In this document: positions 39,800-49,235 of the stretch, one piece after another | Numbering within the stretch: the first letter of the stretch is position 1 | Layout of the letters: each line of letters begins with the position of its first letter | Source: Polyangiaceae bacterium | GTDB taxonomy: Bacteria; Myxococcota_A; Polyangia; Polyangiales; Polyangiaceae | Direction of reading: 5' to 3' | DNA length: 64,000 bases | Assembly: GCA_035063585.1 (NCBI GenBank) | Contig: JAPSGB010000003.1 | Location: forward strand, 1-64,000 | Made by a program: the position numbers and the translations under genes | Notes under the pieces: generated by a model | What the model was told of the DNA's origin: nothing | The model's input: only the letters and a program-made list of their open reading frames with translations | Databases searched by the model: none

Positions 39800-40555
39800 G
39801 TGAGAAGGTACACGCGCGCTGGGTTCGTTGGGCTCGTGGTCTTGGCCGCCGCGTCGTCTGCGTGCGAGAAGAAGGCGGTCGAGTCTTCGTCGCCCACCGT
39901 CGCGCCGCCCGAGCCCGCACCCGTGGCGTCCACCGCCGCTCCCGGGCGGGTCAACCCCAGGGACGTCTCGGGGAACTACAAGATCCTCTCGGCCGCAAAC
40001 CCGGGTGGCGGCGGCGGCTATTCGGGGACCGTGGCCATCACCAAGCAGGGCGATCACTATCAGCTCGTCTGGACCATCGGAGACGATCCGCCGTATCGGG
40101 GCGTGGGGCTCGTGATGGGGCAGGTGTTCGGCGTCGGCTGGGGCCTCGGCGACGCCTACGGTGTGGCGATCTACAAGGTGTCGGGCGGATCGCTCGACGG
40201 CAGGTGGGCTACCTCGCGGAGCCAGGGCCGCGCCGGCACCGAGAAGCTGTCCGGCCCCGCCGGCTTGAACGGCACCTACCAGATCACCGAGGGCAAGGAC
40301 GGCGACGCACTCCAGCCTTACACCGGTACCGTGACCATCAAGCCGAGCGGCAAGGTGTATCAGGTGACCTGGACGCTCCCGTCCGAGTCCTACTCGGGGG
40401 TCGGGATCCTCGATGGCGAGATCTTCTCGGTCGGCTGGGGGAGCGCGGGTAAGGGGGCAGGCGCGGTGATGTATGAAGTCGGCGAGACGCTGGACGGCAA
40501 ATGGGCGCAGCCGGACGGCACCGCGCTCGGCAGCGAAGTGCTCGGGAAGCTCTGA
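39800..40555 (+). CDS. Lipoprotein with two internally duplicated beta-rich domains
   Basis: SD GGAGG, lipobox SSAC, repeated G.Y.I...Y.GTV.I...G..YQ..W......Y.GVG motif. Confidence 0.75.
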   Translation: MRRYTRAGFVGLVVLAAASSACEKKAVESSSPTVAPPEPAPVASTAAPGRVNPRDVSGNYKILSAANPGGGGGYSGTVAITKQGDHYQLVWTIGDDPPYRGVGLVMGQVFGVGWGLGDAYGVAIYKVSGGSLDGRWATSRSQGRAGTEKLSGPAGLNGTYQITEGKDGDALQPYTGTVTIKPSGKVYQVTWTLPSESYSGVGILDGEIFSVGWGSAGKGAGAVMYEVGETLDGKWAQPDGTALGSEVLGKL

Positions 40556-40626
40556 CGTGGGAGCCGGGCCGCGAGCGCGCGTCGAATCTCGCGCGGCTCG
40601 CTCGTGCGGAGGGTATACTTCCGCTC

Positions 40627-41538
40627 GTGTCCGCGGAGCTGAGGGTCCGGTTTCTCCGAGACATCCTGCGCTCGGTCGAGCGCGAGCATGGCCCGGAGAC
40701 GCTTCAGCGCGTGCGAGCCCGGCTCCCGGAGCGCTTGCACGTGCACCTCGAACCCGAGCGGTTGCGCTCGAGCACGCCGTCGGAGACGATGTCGCTCGAC
40801 GACGCCGAAGAGGTAATCTTGGCGATCGATAGCGGGCTCGGCGACGGAACCGGGCGCGTCCTCGAGAGCGCCAGCGCCGACCTCGTCGGGCGCACCCTGG
40901 CGAGCGGCGGGCTCCTGGTGCTCGGAGATCTCGCCGCCACGGTGGCGCGCATGCAAGCGCCGCTCGAGTGGCCGTTCGTGGGCGCGGCCATGACCTTCGA
41001 TCTCGAGCCGACCGACACCGGCTTCTCGCTCACGCTCGGCGTCTCCGGTCGTCCGCGGACGGCGCGTGTGCTCCGGCATGTCGCGACGGGCGCCATCCGC
41101 GCTGCGCAGCGTTACTGTCGAGAGGCGAACGGCGAAGAGCTCGAGCTCCTCACCGGCGTCTTCGGTGATCGCGCGAACGTCACCACGTCGTATCGCTCGC
41201 CGCGGCCGTCCGATGCACCGGACCCGAACGACGTGCGGCTCAAGGCGACGCGCCGGCTCGGACGAAAGACCACGCAGCCGCGCCTCGCCGAGGAGGTCGA
41301 GCGCATCCTGTCCTCGCCGCCGGCCGCGCCGAGCCATCATCCCCCAGACGCCGCGAACGCGCTCATCGAGCGGTCGCGCACCGCGCCCGGCGCTGGCTCT
41401 TCGCGCCCGCCCGAGCGCTCGACGAGCAGCCTCCCGCCCGAGCGCTCGTCGAGCAGCCTCCCGCCCGAGCGCTCGTCGAGCAGCCTCCCGCCCGAGCGCT
41501 CGTCGAGCAGCAAGCCGCCGAAGCCGCGCGACGACTGA
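40627..41538 (+). CDS. Hypothetical protein (myxobacterial DUF2378/V4R-like) with Ser-rich repeat tail
   Basis: GTG start 7 nt after TATACT; helical N-terminus; C-terminal PPERSSSSL repeats. Family call is by resemblance only. Confidence 0.6.
   Translation: MSAELRVRFLRDILRSVEREHGPETLQRVRARLPERLHVHLEPERLRSSTPSETMSLDDAEEVILAIDSGLGDGTGRVLESASADLVGRTLASGGLLVLGDLAATVARMQAPLEWPFVGAAMTFDLEPTDTGFSLTLGVSGRPRTARVLRHVATGAIRAAQRYCREANGEELELLTGVFGDRANVTTSYRSPRPSDAPDPNDVRLKATRRLGRKTTQPRLAEEVERILSSPPAAPSHHPPDAANALIERSRTAPGAGSSRPPERSTSSLPPERSSSSLPPERSSSSLPPERSSSSKPPKPRDD
41405..41512 (+). repeat. 4 x 27-bp tandem repeat (PPERSSSSL)
   Basis: cccgcccgagcgctcgtcgagcagcct repeated with few substitutions. Confidence 0.9.
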
Positions 41539-41569
41539 CCCGCAGACGCAGGCGTAGCGCCGCGGTAGC

Positions 41570-43294
41570 TCAGAACTCCGCGGGATCGCTGTACGTCCCG
41601 AGCGTCTCGCGGAGCACGTCGCAGATCTCCTGCTCGGTCGCGTAGGCGTGCGCGGCGGCGATGATGGGGGGCATGAGGTTCGTCTCACCCTTGGCTGCCG
41701 CGCGCACCGCCTCGAGAGCGCGCGCGAGCTCGACTCGACTTCGCCCGGCCTTGACCTCGGCGAGCGCGGCGACCTGCTGCGCTTGCACCGCTTCGTCGAT
41801 CTTGAGGGTCGGGATGCGATCACCCTCGCCGCTCTCCTGGAAGCGGTTCACGCCGACCATGATCCGCTCGCCGTCGTTGAGTCGTCGCTCGAACTCGTAG
41901 GCGGAGCGCGCGATCTCGCGCTGAGGGTAGCCCTTCTCCACCGCGGCCACCATTCCGCCCAGCTCGTCGATGCGGCGGATGGTGTCGAGCGCCTCGCTCT
42001 CGAGTCGGTTGGTGAGGTGCTCGAGGTAGTAGCTCCCCGCGAGCGGATCGATGGTGCTCGCGACGCCCGACTCGTGCGCGACCAGCTGCTGAGTGCGGAG
42101 CGCGATGGTGACCGCCTCTTCCGTCGGGAGCGCGTAGGTCTCGTCGAGGGAGTTGGTATGGAGCGACTGCGTGCCGCCGAGCACCGCCGCCATCGCCTGG
42201 AGCGCGACGCGCGCCACGTTGTTGTACGGCTGCTGCGCCGTGAGCGAGACGCCGGCCGTCTGCGCGTGGGTGCGAAGCTTCATGCTCTCCGCTAGCTTCG
42301 CGCCGTAGCGCTCCTTCATGAAGCGCGCCCACATGCGTCGCGCGGCGCGGAACTTGGCGATCTCTTCGAAGAAATCGTTGTGGACGTCGAAGAAGAAGCT
42401 GAGCCGCGGAGCGAACGAGTCCACGTCCATCCCGCGCGCGAGGCACGCCTCCACGTACGCGCACCCGTCGGCGAGCGTGAAGGCGAGCTCTTGCGCCGCC
42501 GTCGCGCCAGCCTCTCGGATGTGATAGCCGCTGATCGAGACGGTGTTCCAGCGCGGCACCTCCGCCGTAGCGTACTCGATCATGTCGGTGACGATTCGCA
42601 TGGCGGGGCGTGGGGGGACCAGCCAGGCGTGCTGCGCGATGAACTCCTTCAGGGCGTCGTTCTGCACGGTTCCGCCGATCCGGTCGCGGGGGATTTTGCG
42701 CGCGTCGGCGAGCGCGATGTAGAACGCGAGCAGCACGATGGCAGGACCGTTGATGGTCATGCTGGTCGTGACCTGGTCGAGCGGGATCCCGCCGAACAAG
42801 ATCTCCATGTCGCGCAACGTGTCGACCGCGACCCCGCACATGCCGACCTCGCCGAGCGCGCGCGGCGAGTCCGAGTCGTAGCCCATCAGCGTCGGGAAAT
42901 CGAAGGCCGTGCTGAGCCCCGTCTGCCCTTGCTCGAGCAGGTAGCGGAAGCGCTGGTTCGTCTGCGCCGGGCTGCCGAAACCAGCGAACATCCGCATGGT
43001 CCAGAGCCGGCTCCGATACATGGTCGGCTGCACGCCTCGGGTGAACGGGTACTCGCCGGGGAGCCCGAGATCCCGCTCGTAGTCCACCGCGACGTCGGCC
43101 GGCGTGAGCACGTCGGGGACCGCGACCCCGCTCCACGTCTCGAAGCGGGCCTGCCGCGGTGGCATCTTTGCCTCGGCGCGTGCCACTGCGCCCTGCCGCC
43201 AGCCTACGACTCTCTGCCGGAGCGCCGCGAGGCTATCGTCGTCGAGCGCCGGGACCTCACCTTGAGCGGTGAAGTGCTCGGTGTGCTGGGCCAT
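41570..43294 (-). CDS. B12-dependent acyl-CoA mutase, substrate-binding large subunit (isobutyryl-CoA mutase-like)
   Basis: [49 protein letters not shown]. No C-terminal DxHxxG B12-binding domain. Confidence 0.9.
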   Translation of the reverse strand: MAQHTEHFTAQGEVPALDDDSLAALRQRVVGWRQGAVARAEAKMPPRQARFETWSGVAVPDVLTPADVAVDYERDLGLPGEYPFTRGVQPTMYRSRLWTMRMFAGFGSPAQTNQRFRYLLEQGQTGLSTAFDFPTLMGYDSDSPRALGEVGMCGVAVDTLRDMEILFGGIPLDQVTTSMTINGPAIVLLAFYIALADARKIPRDRIGGTVQNDALKEFIAQHAWLVPPRPAMRIVTDMIEYATAEVPRWNTVSISGYHIREAGATAAQELAFTLADGCAYVEACLARGMDVDSFAPRLSFFFDVHNDFFEEIAKFRAARRMWARFMKERYGAKLAESMKLRTHAQTAGVSLTAQQPYNNVARVALQAMAAVLGGTQSLHTNSLDETYALPTEEAVTIALRTQQLVAHESGVASTIDPLAGSYYLEHLTNRLESEALDTIRRIDELGGMVAAVEKGYPQREIARSAYEFERRLNDGERIMVGVNRFQESGEGDRIPTLKIDEAVQAQQVAALAEVKAGRSRVELARALEAVRAAAKGETNLMPPIIAAAHAYATEQEICDVLRETLGTYSDPAEF

Positions 43295-43327
43295 GAAAGA
43301 GACGCTAGCGCCGTTCCCTCGGTGGCG

Positions 43328-43798
43328 CTACGGGCATCCCGCGACGGACGCCGGCGGGCTCGCGACCGGCGTCGAGCTCGACCCCGACAGGGTGTCGGTG
43401 ACGCTCCCTCGAATGACGACCGGACCGCGGCAGAGCGCGACGCCGAGCGCCGCATCGATGAGCGCCTGGTCGTCGAGGGTGAAGACGACGCGCTTCGACT
43501 CGCCGACGCCCACCGCGAGCGGGAACGCCTCCTGCGCGGTCGCCGCGAGCGTGGTGACCAGGACCTCCCCGCTCGCGCTGGTGAGCGAGAACTTCTCCGG
43601 GGTCACCTCGGTGCCGTGCTCGGCGCGCGCGCCGAGCTCGAGCCGTAGATCGAAGGAACCGGAGAGCTTCGCGCCGAGCGCGACCGTCGCGACCTCGAGC
43701 GCGGGGCTCTGGATGCTCGCGGAGAGCGACACGGCGTCCTTGCTACCGCAGCCCGCGAGGCCGGCGGCGAGAGCGAGCGAGATCAGCTCACGGCGCAT
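43328..43798 (-). CDS. Hypothetical lipoprotein
   Basis: MRRELISLALAAGLAGC lipobox; TAGCAT 7 nt upstream. Confidence 0.7.
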   Translation of the reverse strand: MRRELISLALAAGLAGCGSKDAVSLSASIQSPALEVATVALGAKLSGSFDLRLELGARAEHGTEVTPEKFSLTSASGEVLVTTLAATAQEAFPLAVGVGESKRVVFTLDDQALIDAALGVALCRGPVVIRGSVTDTLSGSSSTPVASPPASVAGCP

Positions 43799-43824
43799 CC
43801 CCCGGATGCTAGAACAACTCGACG

Positions 43825-45441
43825 ATGCCGGCACGTGGAGTGAGCCTCATCGGTCTCGTCGCGGGGCTCTCCGCGTGCGGGGCCGCCCCGCGCGCCGCGC
43901 GCTCCGCCGACCCGCTCCCGCGCCCGGCGCCCGTCCGCGAGCCTGGGAGCGCACCGCGCGCGCCCGCTCGAGTCCCCGCGCCGGCCGCCCTCCCGCCGCC
44001 GGCCGCGCCGGCTCCGCCACGAGGCCCGCTCGGCGGAGCGGGTCCGGTCACGCTCGCGGCGGCCGCGAGCGACGGGACCTGGGTCGCGCTCTGCTCGGCG
44101 AGAGCGGACACCGACGGTGACGGGCGCGTCGCGGTCACGCTCGGGCCGCGCGGCGAGCTCGGCGGCGATGCGCTCGTGGAGGAGCTCTTCCTCGGCGACG
44201 CGCCCGGCGAGCCCATCGATCGGATCGCCGCGCTCGACCCGAGCGGGCGCTGGCTCGTGGTCGAGCGAGCCGGCGCGCTCGTCCTGGTCGACGCGCACGC
44301 TCGCTCGCTCACCACGCTCGATGGCGCCGACGCGCGCGGCGACGCCTCGCCCTATGTCCGGCACCGCGCAGTCTCGTTCGACGCGAGCGGTCGTCTGCTC
44401 TCGTTGGTCCGTCGCGGAACCGCAGGGAGCGAGGTCGTGGTGCGCGACCTCCTCACCGGCGTCGAGACGCGGGTCGACCCCGGTCCGGGCGAGCTCTGGC
44501 GCGCGGAGCTCTCGCCGGACGGCAAGCTGGTCGTGCTCCGCGTCATCGCGAGCGACAGTAACGGCAACGGCAAGCTCGACTGGCCGGTGCCGCCCGCCAC
44601 GCGCGGAGACTGGCGCTGTCACGGTCCGGTGCCTTCGTACCCCGCGTGGGTCGATCACGGTGATCGACCGGTGGTTCGGGTCGCGCCCGCCTCGGGCGGC
44701 GTCGCGCGCGAGCTCCCGGGGTTCGTCGCGCCGCTCGGCGACGCGGCGCTGGTGCGCGACCCGCAAGGCCGGCTCCTCGTCGAGCGCGCCGGCGTCGCGC
44801 CGGTCGAGCTCACCGACGCGCGCTGCCAAGCCCGCGCGCTCGCGCTCGACGGCGCCCGCGGACTCGTGCTCGCGGGGTGCAGCGGGGTGAGACCGCGTCC
44901 CAGCGTCGTCATCGCCGGCGAGGGGAGCCTAGTCGAAACCGGGCTCACGCTCGGCGCCGCGCCCTCCGACGCCTGGCCGAGCGCTGACGCGCCGCGGCTC
45001 TTCGCCTTTCACCCCGGCGCGGAGACCGCGCTCGTCGATTTCGAGACGCGCCGCTCGACCAAGCTCGCGCGTGGCGACGAGGTCGCGGCGACCTGGGAGG
45101 GGCGCGCGCTGGTGATTCGCGGCGCCGAGCTCGTGCTCTACGACGCGGACGCCGGGCGCGAGGCGCCGCTCGACGCGCGCCTGCCCGCGGGCGCGGTCGA
45201 CGTGATGCCCGGGCCGCGCGCGGGCGCGCTCGCGACCGTGACCGGGTGGGACGGTGGATCGGCCGTCACGGTGGTCGTCGATCTCGCGGCGCCGCGCGCG
45301 CTCGCCGTGCTCGCTCACCAGCCGCTCGCGCTCACCCGCGACGGGCGCGTGTTGATCGCCGAGGGCGGTGACGCGGACGCGACGGCCCTCGCGAGCGGGC
45401 CGCTGCGATGGGTGAGCCCGGCCAGCGCCGCCGGTGACTGA
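43825..45441 (+). CDS. Hypothetical lipoprotein, beta-propeller-like with DxDxDG-type motifs
   Basis: LSAC lipobox, Pro-rich linker, DPSGRWLV, FDASGR, LSPDGK repeats, DTDGDG and DSNGNG. Confidence 0.65.
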   Translation: MPARGVSLIGLVAGLSACGAAPRAARSADPLPRPAPVREPGSAPRAPARVPAPAALPPPAAPAPPRGPLGGAGPVTLAAAASDGTWVALCSARADTDGDGRVAVTLGPRGELGGDALVEELFLGDAPGEPIDRIAALDPSGRWLVVERAGALVLVDAHARSLTTLDGADARGDASPYVRHRAVSFDASGRLLSLVRRGTAGSEVVVRDLLTGVETRVDPGPGELWRAELSPDGKLVVLRVIASDSNGNGKLDWPVPPATRGDWRCHGPVPSYPAWVDHGDRPVVRVAPASGGVARELPGFVAPLGDAALVRDPQGRLLVERAGVAPVELTDARCQARALALDGARGLVLAGCSGVRPRPSVVIAGEGSLVETGLTLGAAPSDAWPSADAPRLFAFHPGAETALVDFETRRSTKLARGDEVAATWEGRALVIRGAELVLYDADAGREAPLDARLPAGAVDVMPGPRAGALATVTGWDGGSAVTVVVDLAAPRALAVLAHQPLALTRDGRVLIAEGGDADATALASGPLRWVSPASAAGD

Positions 45442-45449
45442 CGGCCGCA

Positions 45450-46322
45450 TCAGCCGCAGATCGAGCGGAACGCCGCCCACATCCCGCGCATGCGCGTGAA
45501 GCGGAGCTCGCGCTGGATGGCGAGGGCCTGGGCGACCCAATCGTCGATCTCCTTCGGGAGATCGGGGCGGAGCGCGTGGAGGCTCGGCCGCGGCGCGCTG
45601 GTCGCGGCTCGGTAGATGTCACCGAGCACGCCGGTGAAGGGCGGCGCGCCGGCGAGCGCGCGGAAGATGACCGCGCCGAGGCCGTAGATGTCGGCGCGCT
45701 CGTCGAGCTCGCGCTCACCCCGCCAGGCCTCGGGCGCGAGGTAGCTCGGCGAGCCGGCCACGAAGCCATCGGCGGTGAGCCGCTTCAGCCGGGTGAACTT
45801 CACGAACCCGAAGTCGAGGAGACGCACGCCGCCGCCGTGCGCGGGGTCGAGCACGAACACGTTCGAGGGCTTGATGTCGCGGTGTAGGATGTGCTCACCG
45901 TGCGCGATCTCGAGCGTGGCGACGAGCGGCTCGATGATCGGCACGAGCTCGCTCGCGTCGAGGCGGCGGCCCTCGGCCTCGCGGGCGAGCAGGTGATCTT
46001 CGAACGTGCGACCGTGGAGGAGCTCCATCACGATCGAGAGCAGGGAGTCGTGGGTCCACTGGAGGTCCAGGATGCGGACCGCGGCCGTCCCGGCGAGCCG
46101 CGTGAGGGCCTGGGCCTCGCGGAACACGCGCTCGCGCGTGACGCCGTCGGTGGCGGTATCGGCGACGAGCTTGAGCGCGACGTCATCGTGATCGCGCTCG
46201 TCGCGCGCTCGATAGACCTGCCCTTGTCCCCCCGCGTCGAGCAACGCCGTCAGACGATAGCGGCCACCGATCAGCTCACCGACGCGGCTCGCGACCGGCT
46301 CGGGTACGTCCGGGACGCCCAT
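45450..46322 (-). CDS. Hanks-type Ser/Thr protein kinase (kinase domain only)
   Basis: GGQGQVY, VALK, HRDIKPSN, DFG, APE, DIYGLG. Confidence 0.93.
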   Translation of the reverse strand: MGVPDVPEPVASRVGELIGGRYRLTALLDAGGQGQVYRARDERDHDDVALKLVADTATDGVTRERVFREAQALTRLAGTAAVRILDLQWTHDSLLSIVMELLHGRTFEDHLLAREAEGRRLDASELVPIIEPLVATLEIAHGEHILHRDIKPSNVFVLDPAHGGGVRLLDFGFVKFTRLKRLTADGFVAGSPSYLAPEAWRGERELDERADIYGLGAVIFRALAGAPPFTGVLGDIYRAATSAPRPSLHALRPDLPKEIDDWVAQALAIQRELRFTRMRGMWAAFRSICG

Positions 46323-46380
46323 GCCGTCTTATATACCGGGGCGAGCCCGGCCGGGGCTCGCTCGGTGACGGGCCCGAGGG

Positions 46381-47613
46381 TCACCTCACGAACACGGTGA
46401 CGTCCGCCGAGAGGCCAGCGCGCATCGCGCGGTCGGGTGGCGCGTGCCACTCGATCCTCACCGGCACACGCTGCACGACCTTGACGAAGTTGCCGGAGGC
46501 GTTGTCGGGAGGCATGAGCGCGAAGCGCGAGCCGGTCGCCGCCGACAGGCTCTCGACCGTGCCGGAGAAGGTTCGGCCGGGGTAGGCGTCGATGGCGATC
46601 TCGGCCTGGTCCCCCGGCTTCATGCGACCTACCTGCGTCTCCTTGAAATTGGCGACCACGTAGCTCGTCCCCGGTACGAACTGGGCGACCGGCTGCCCGG
46701 GCTGGACCAACTGACCGGTGTGGACCGAGACCCGCGAGACGACTCCGTCGCCGGGCGCGGTGATCTTCGCGTAGGAACGCTGGAGTCGGGCGAGCTCGAG
46801 CTCCGCCTCGGCGCTCTTCTCGCGCGCGTGGGCGAGCTCGGCGTCGGCCTTGGCGACGGCGATGCGCGAGTCGATGGGCTCGCTCTGATCGAGCCGCCCT
46901 CTGGCCTCGGTGACCCGACTCTGGGCCACCCGCTTCGACTGCTTCGCGGCCGCCACCTCTGCCTCGGCCTGCTCGACCGCAGCCTGGGCGGCCTCGTTCG
47001 CCGCGACCGCGTCGTCGAGTCGCTGCTGCGGCACCGAGCCGCCTTCGACGAGCTGCCGCACCCGCGCCAGATCGAGGTCGCTCTTCTTCGCGTCGGCCTG
47101 CGCGCGCTTGAGCCCGGCCTCCGCCGCGGCGATCTGCGCGCTCGCGCTGGTCACGAGCTCGGCCGAGCCGTAGACGCCCGCCTTGGCGGAGGTGAGGCCG
47201 CCCTTGGCGGTGGCCTCGGCGACCGTGACCTGCGCGTCGGCGGCGGCCGCCTGCGCCTTCGCCGTCGCGACCCCGGCCTCGGCTTGCTTCACCCGGGCCG
47301 AGAGATCGCGCTCGTCGAGCTCGACGAGCACGTCCCCCTGCTTCACGATCTGGTTGTCGGTGACCCGGACCGTGAGGACCAGGCTGCCGACCCGCGCCGA
47401 CACCGGGACCACGTCGGACTCGACCGTTGCGTCGTCGGTGTTCTCGCGGTTGGCCGTGTACGCCGCGTAGCCGCCGACCGAGGCGAGCACCGCGAGCGTG
47501 ACCGCGCCCAGGATCAGGAACGGCTTGCGCGCCGACCGGCCCGCCGGGCGCGCGGCGGGTGGCGTGGGCTCCTCGTTCGCCGGGAGGGCATCGACGGTGG
47601 TACTCTGGCTCAT
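46381..47613 (-). CDS. EmrA/HlyD-family membrane fusion protein
   Basis: TDDA, ANFKETQ, ATGSRFALMPPDNASGNFVKVVQRVPV. Confidence 0.93.
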   Translation of the reverse strand: MSQSTTVDALPANEEPTPPAARPAGRSARKPFLILGAVTLAVLASVGGYAAYTANRENTDDATVESDVVPVSARVGSLVLTVRVTDNQIVKQGDVLVELDERDLSARVKQAEAGVATAKAQAAAADAQVTVAEATAKGGLTSAKAGVYGSAELVTSASAQIAAAEAGLKRAQADAKKSDLDLARVRQLVEGGSVPQQRLDDAVAANEAAQAAVEQAEAEVAAAKQSKRVAQSRVTEARGRLDQSEPIDSRIAVAKADAELAHAREKSAEAELELARLQRSYAKITAPGDGVVSRVSVHTGQLVQPGQPVAQFVPGTSYVVANFKETQVGRMKPGDQAEIAIDAYPGRTFSGTVESLSAATGSRFALMPPDNASGNFVKVVQRVPVRIEWHAPPDRAMRAGLSADVTVFVR

Positions 47614-49235
47614 AGCTCGATGGGCTCCGTGTGGGCGGCTTCGCGGTTGGCTCCGCGATCGTCTTTCAAGAAGATGAGGACCGGCAAGACGAAGAGAAAC
47701 ATGATTCCCGAGAGCAGGAAGACCTGGTCGAATCCGATCACCGACGCCTGCCGAGCGGCATTGCCGGCGAGCGCGGCGAGCGCGCCGTGCTCGGCGCTCA
47801 CCGGGTCGTAGCCGTGCGCCCGGAGCCCCGCCTCCGCCGCGTGGAGGAAGCTCTGGACCGCCGGGCGCGTCGCGGTGAGGTGGGTGGCGATACCCGCGCG
47901 CGCCGTCTGTGACGCGTCGGTGAGGTAGGTCGCGAACACCGCCAGCCCGACCGAGCCGCCGATCTGCCGGAGCAGGGAATTCAGGCCGGTTGCGTCGGTC
48001 AGCCGGTGCCTCGGGATGGTGCTGAGCGCCACCGTCGTCAGGGGGACGAACAGGCAACTGAAGCCGACCCCTTGGACCACGATCGCACCGACGATGCCGC
48101 GCTCGGTCGTCTCCAGGGTAAATTGCGACATCTGATACGCGCCAATGGAGAAGAGCACTACGCCAATGGCGATGAGCACCCGCGGCGAGACGTGGTTGTA
48201 GATGCGGCCGACGATGGGCGTGGCGAGCATCATGACCAGGGTCCTTGGCATCAGCGCCAACCCCGAGTCGACCGCGGTGAAGCCGAGCAACTCTTGCATG
48301 AATAGTGGCAGGAGGAACATGTTCGCCATGAGCATCGCGAACATCATGGCGCCGATGAGCGTGCCGCTCATGAACACCTTGTCCTTGAAGAGCGACAGGT
48401 TCACCGCGGGCACCGGCGCGGTGAGTTCGCGGATGACGAACGCGATGAGCGCGAACACGGTGAAGAGAGTCGCCCCTACGATCAGCTTCGACTCGAACCA
48501 GTCCTCGCCCTGGCCCTCCTCGAGGATGTACTGAAGCGCGCCGAGCCCGAGCGTAAGGAGCAGGATCCCGAGCCAGTCGAGGTGACCGCGCTGCTTCTCC
48601 GCGAGCGCGGCGTTGGCTGCGCGAATGTCCTCCGGCTCCTGCACGAACTTGGTGACCATGAAGAGGCCGAGCGCGCCGACCGGCAGGTTGATGTAGAAGA
48701 TCCACTCCCAGCTATAGTGATCGACGATGTAGCCGCCGAGCGTCGGGCCGAAGGCGGGGCCGAGCATCACCGACATGCCGAAGAGCGCCATCGCCATGCC
48801 CTGCTCCTCGGGCGGGAAGGTCTGACGTAGGATGGCCTGCTCGGTCGGCTGCAGCGCGCCTGCGCCGAGTCCCTGGACGGCTCGGAAGGCGACCAGGGCC
48901 GGCAGGCTCCGCGCCATGCCGCAGAGCGCCGAGCCGACCAGGAAGAGCACCAAGCTGAACAGGTAAAAGCGCTTCTGCCCGAAGAAGCGCCCCATGAACG
49001 CCGTGAGCGGCATCACGATCACGGTGGCGATGATGAAGCCGGTCGCGATCCACGTGATCTCGGTGATGCTCGCGCCGACCGCGCCGCGGATGTGCGGAAT
49101 CGCGACGTTCACGATGGACGAATCGATGGCGCCCATCAAGGTTCCGAAGGTCACCGACAAGGTGACCAACCACTTGTTGGTGGGCGCGCGCGCCGCCCGT
49201 GGCGGCGCCGGGAGCGAGAGCGCGGCGGCGGTCAT
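47610..49235 (-). CDS. EmrB/QacA (DHA2) MFS efflux transporter
   Basis: D.SIVNVA.P, GPTLGG, WEWIFYINLPVG, LRQIGGSVG; about 14 TMs. Confidence 0.93.
   Translation of the reverse strand: MTAAALSLPAPPRAARAPTNKWLVTLSVTFGTLMGAIDSSIVNVAIPHIRGAVGASITEITWIATGFIIATVIVMPLTAFMGRFFGQKRFYLFSLVLFLVGSALCGMARSLPALVAFRAVQGLGAGALQPTEQAILRQTFPPEEQGMAMALFGMSVMLGPAFGPTLGGYIVDHYSWEWIFYINLPVGALGLFMVTKFVQEPEDIRAANAALAEKQRGHLDWLGILLLTLGLGALQYILEEGQGEDWFESKLIVGATLFTVFALIAFVIRELTAPVPAVNLSLFKDKVFMSGTLIGAMMFAMLMANMFLLPLFMQELLGFTAVDSGLALMPRTLVMMLATPIVGRIYNHVSPRVLIAIGVVLFSIGAYQMSQFTLETTERGIVGAIVVQGVGFSCLFVPLTTVALSTIPRHRLTDATGLNSLLRQIGGSVGLAVFATYLTDASQTARAGIATHLTATRPAVQSFLHAAEAGLRAHGYDPVSAEHGALAALAGNAARQASVIGFDQVFLLSGIMFLFVLPVLIFLKDDRGANREAAHTEPIEL

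Noticed and set aside
37909..46361. Similar short palindromes GCGAGCCCGG...GGCTCGC at about 37909 and 46341 (partial copy at about 11180)
   Set aside because: Too short and GC-only to distinguish from chance; cannot call a REP family without a genome-wide count.
46381..48705. Apparent long fusions in the ORF track (774-aa EmrA, 829-aa NorD, 694-aa RfbG, 692-aa C45)
   Set aside because: The N-terminal extensions overlap upstream genes in another frame; the true starts lie at or just after the upstream stop codons.
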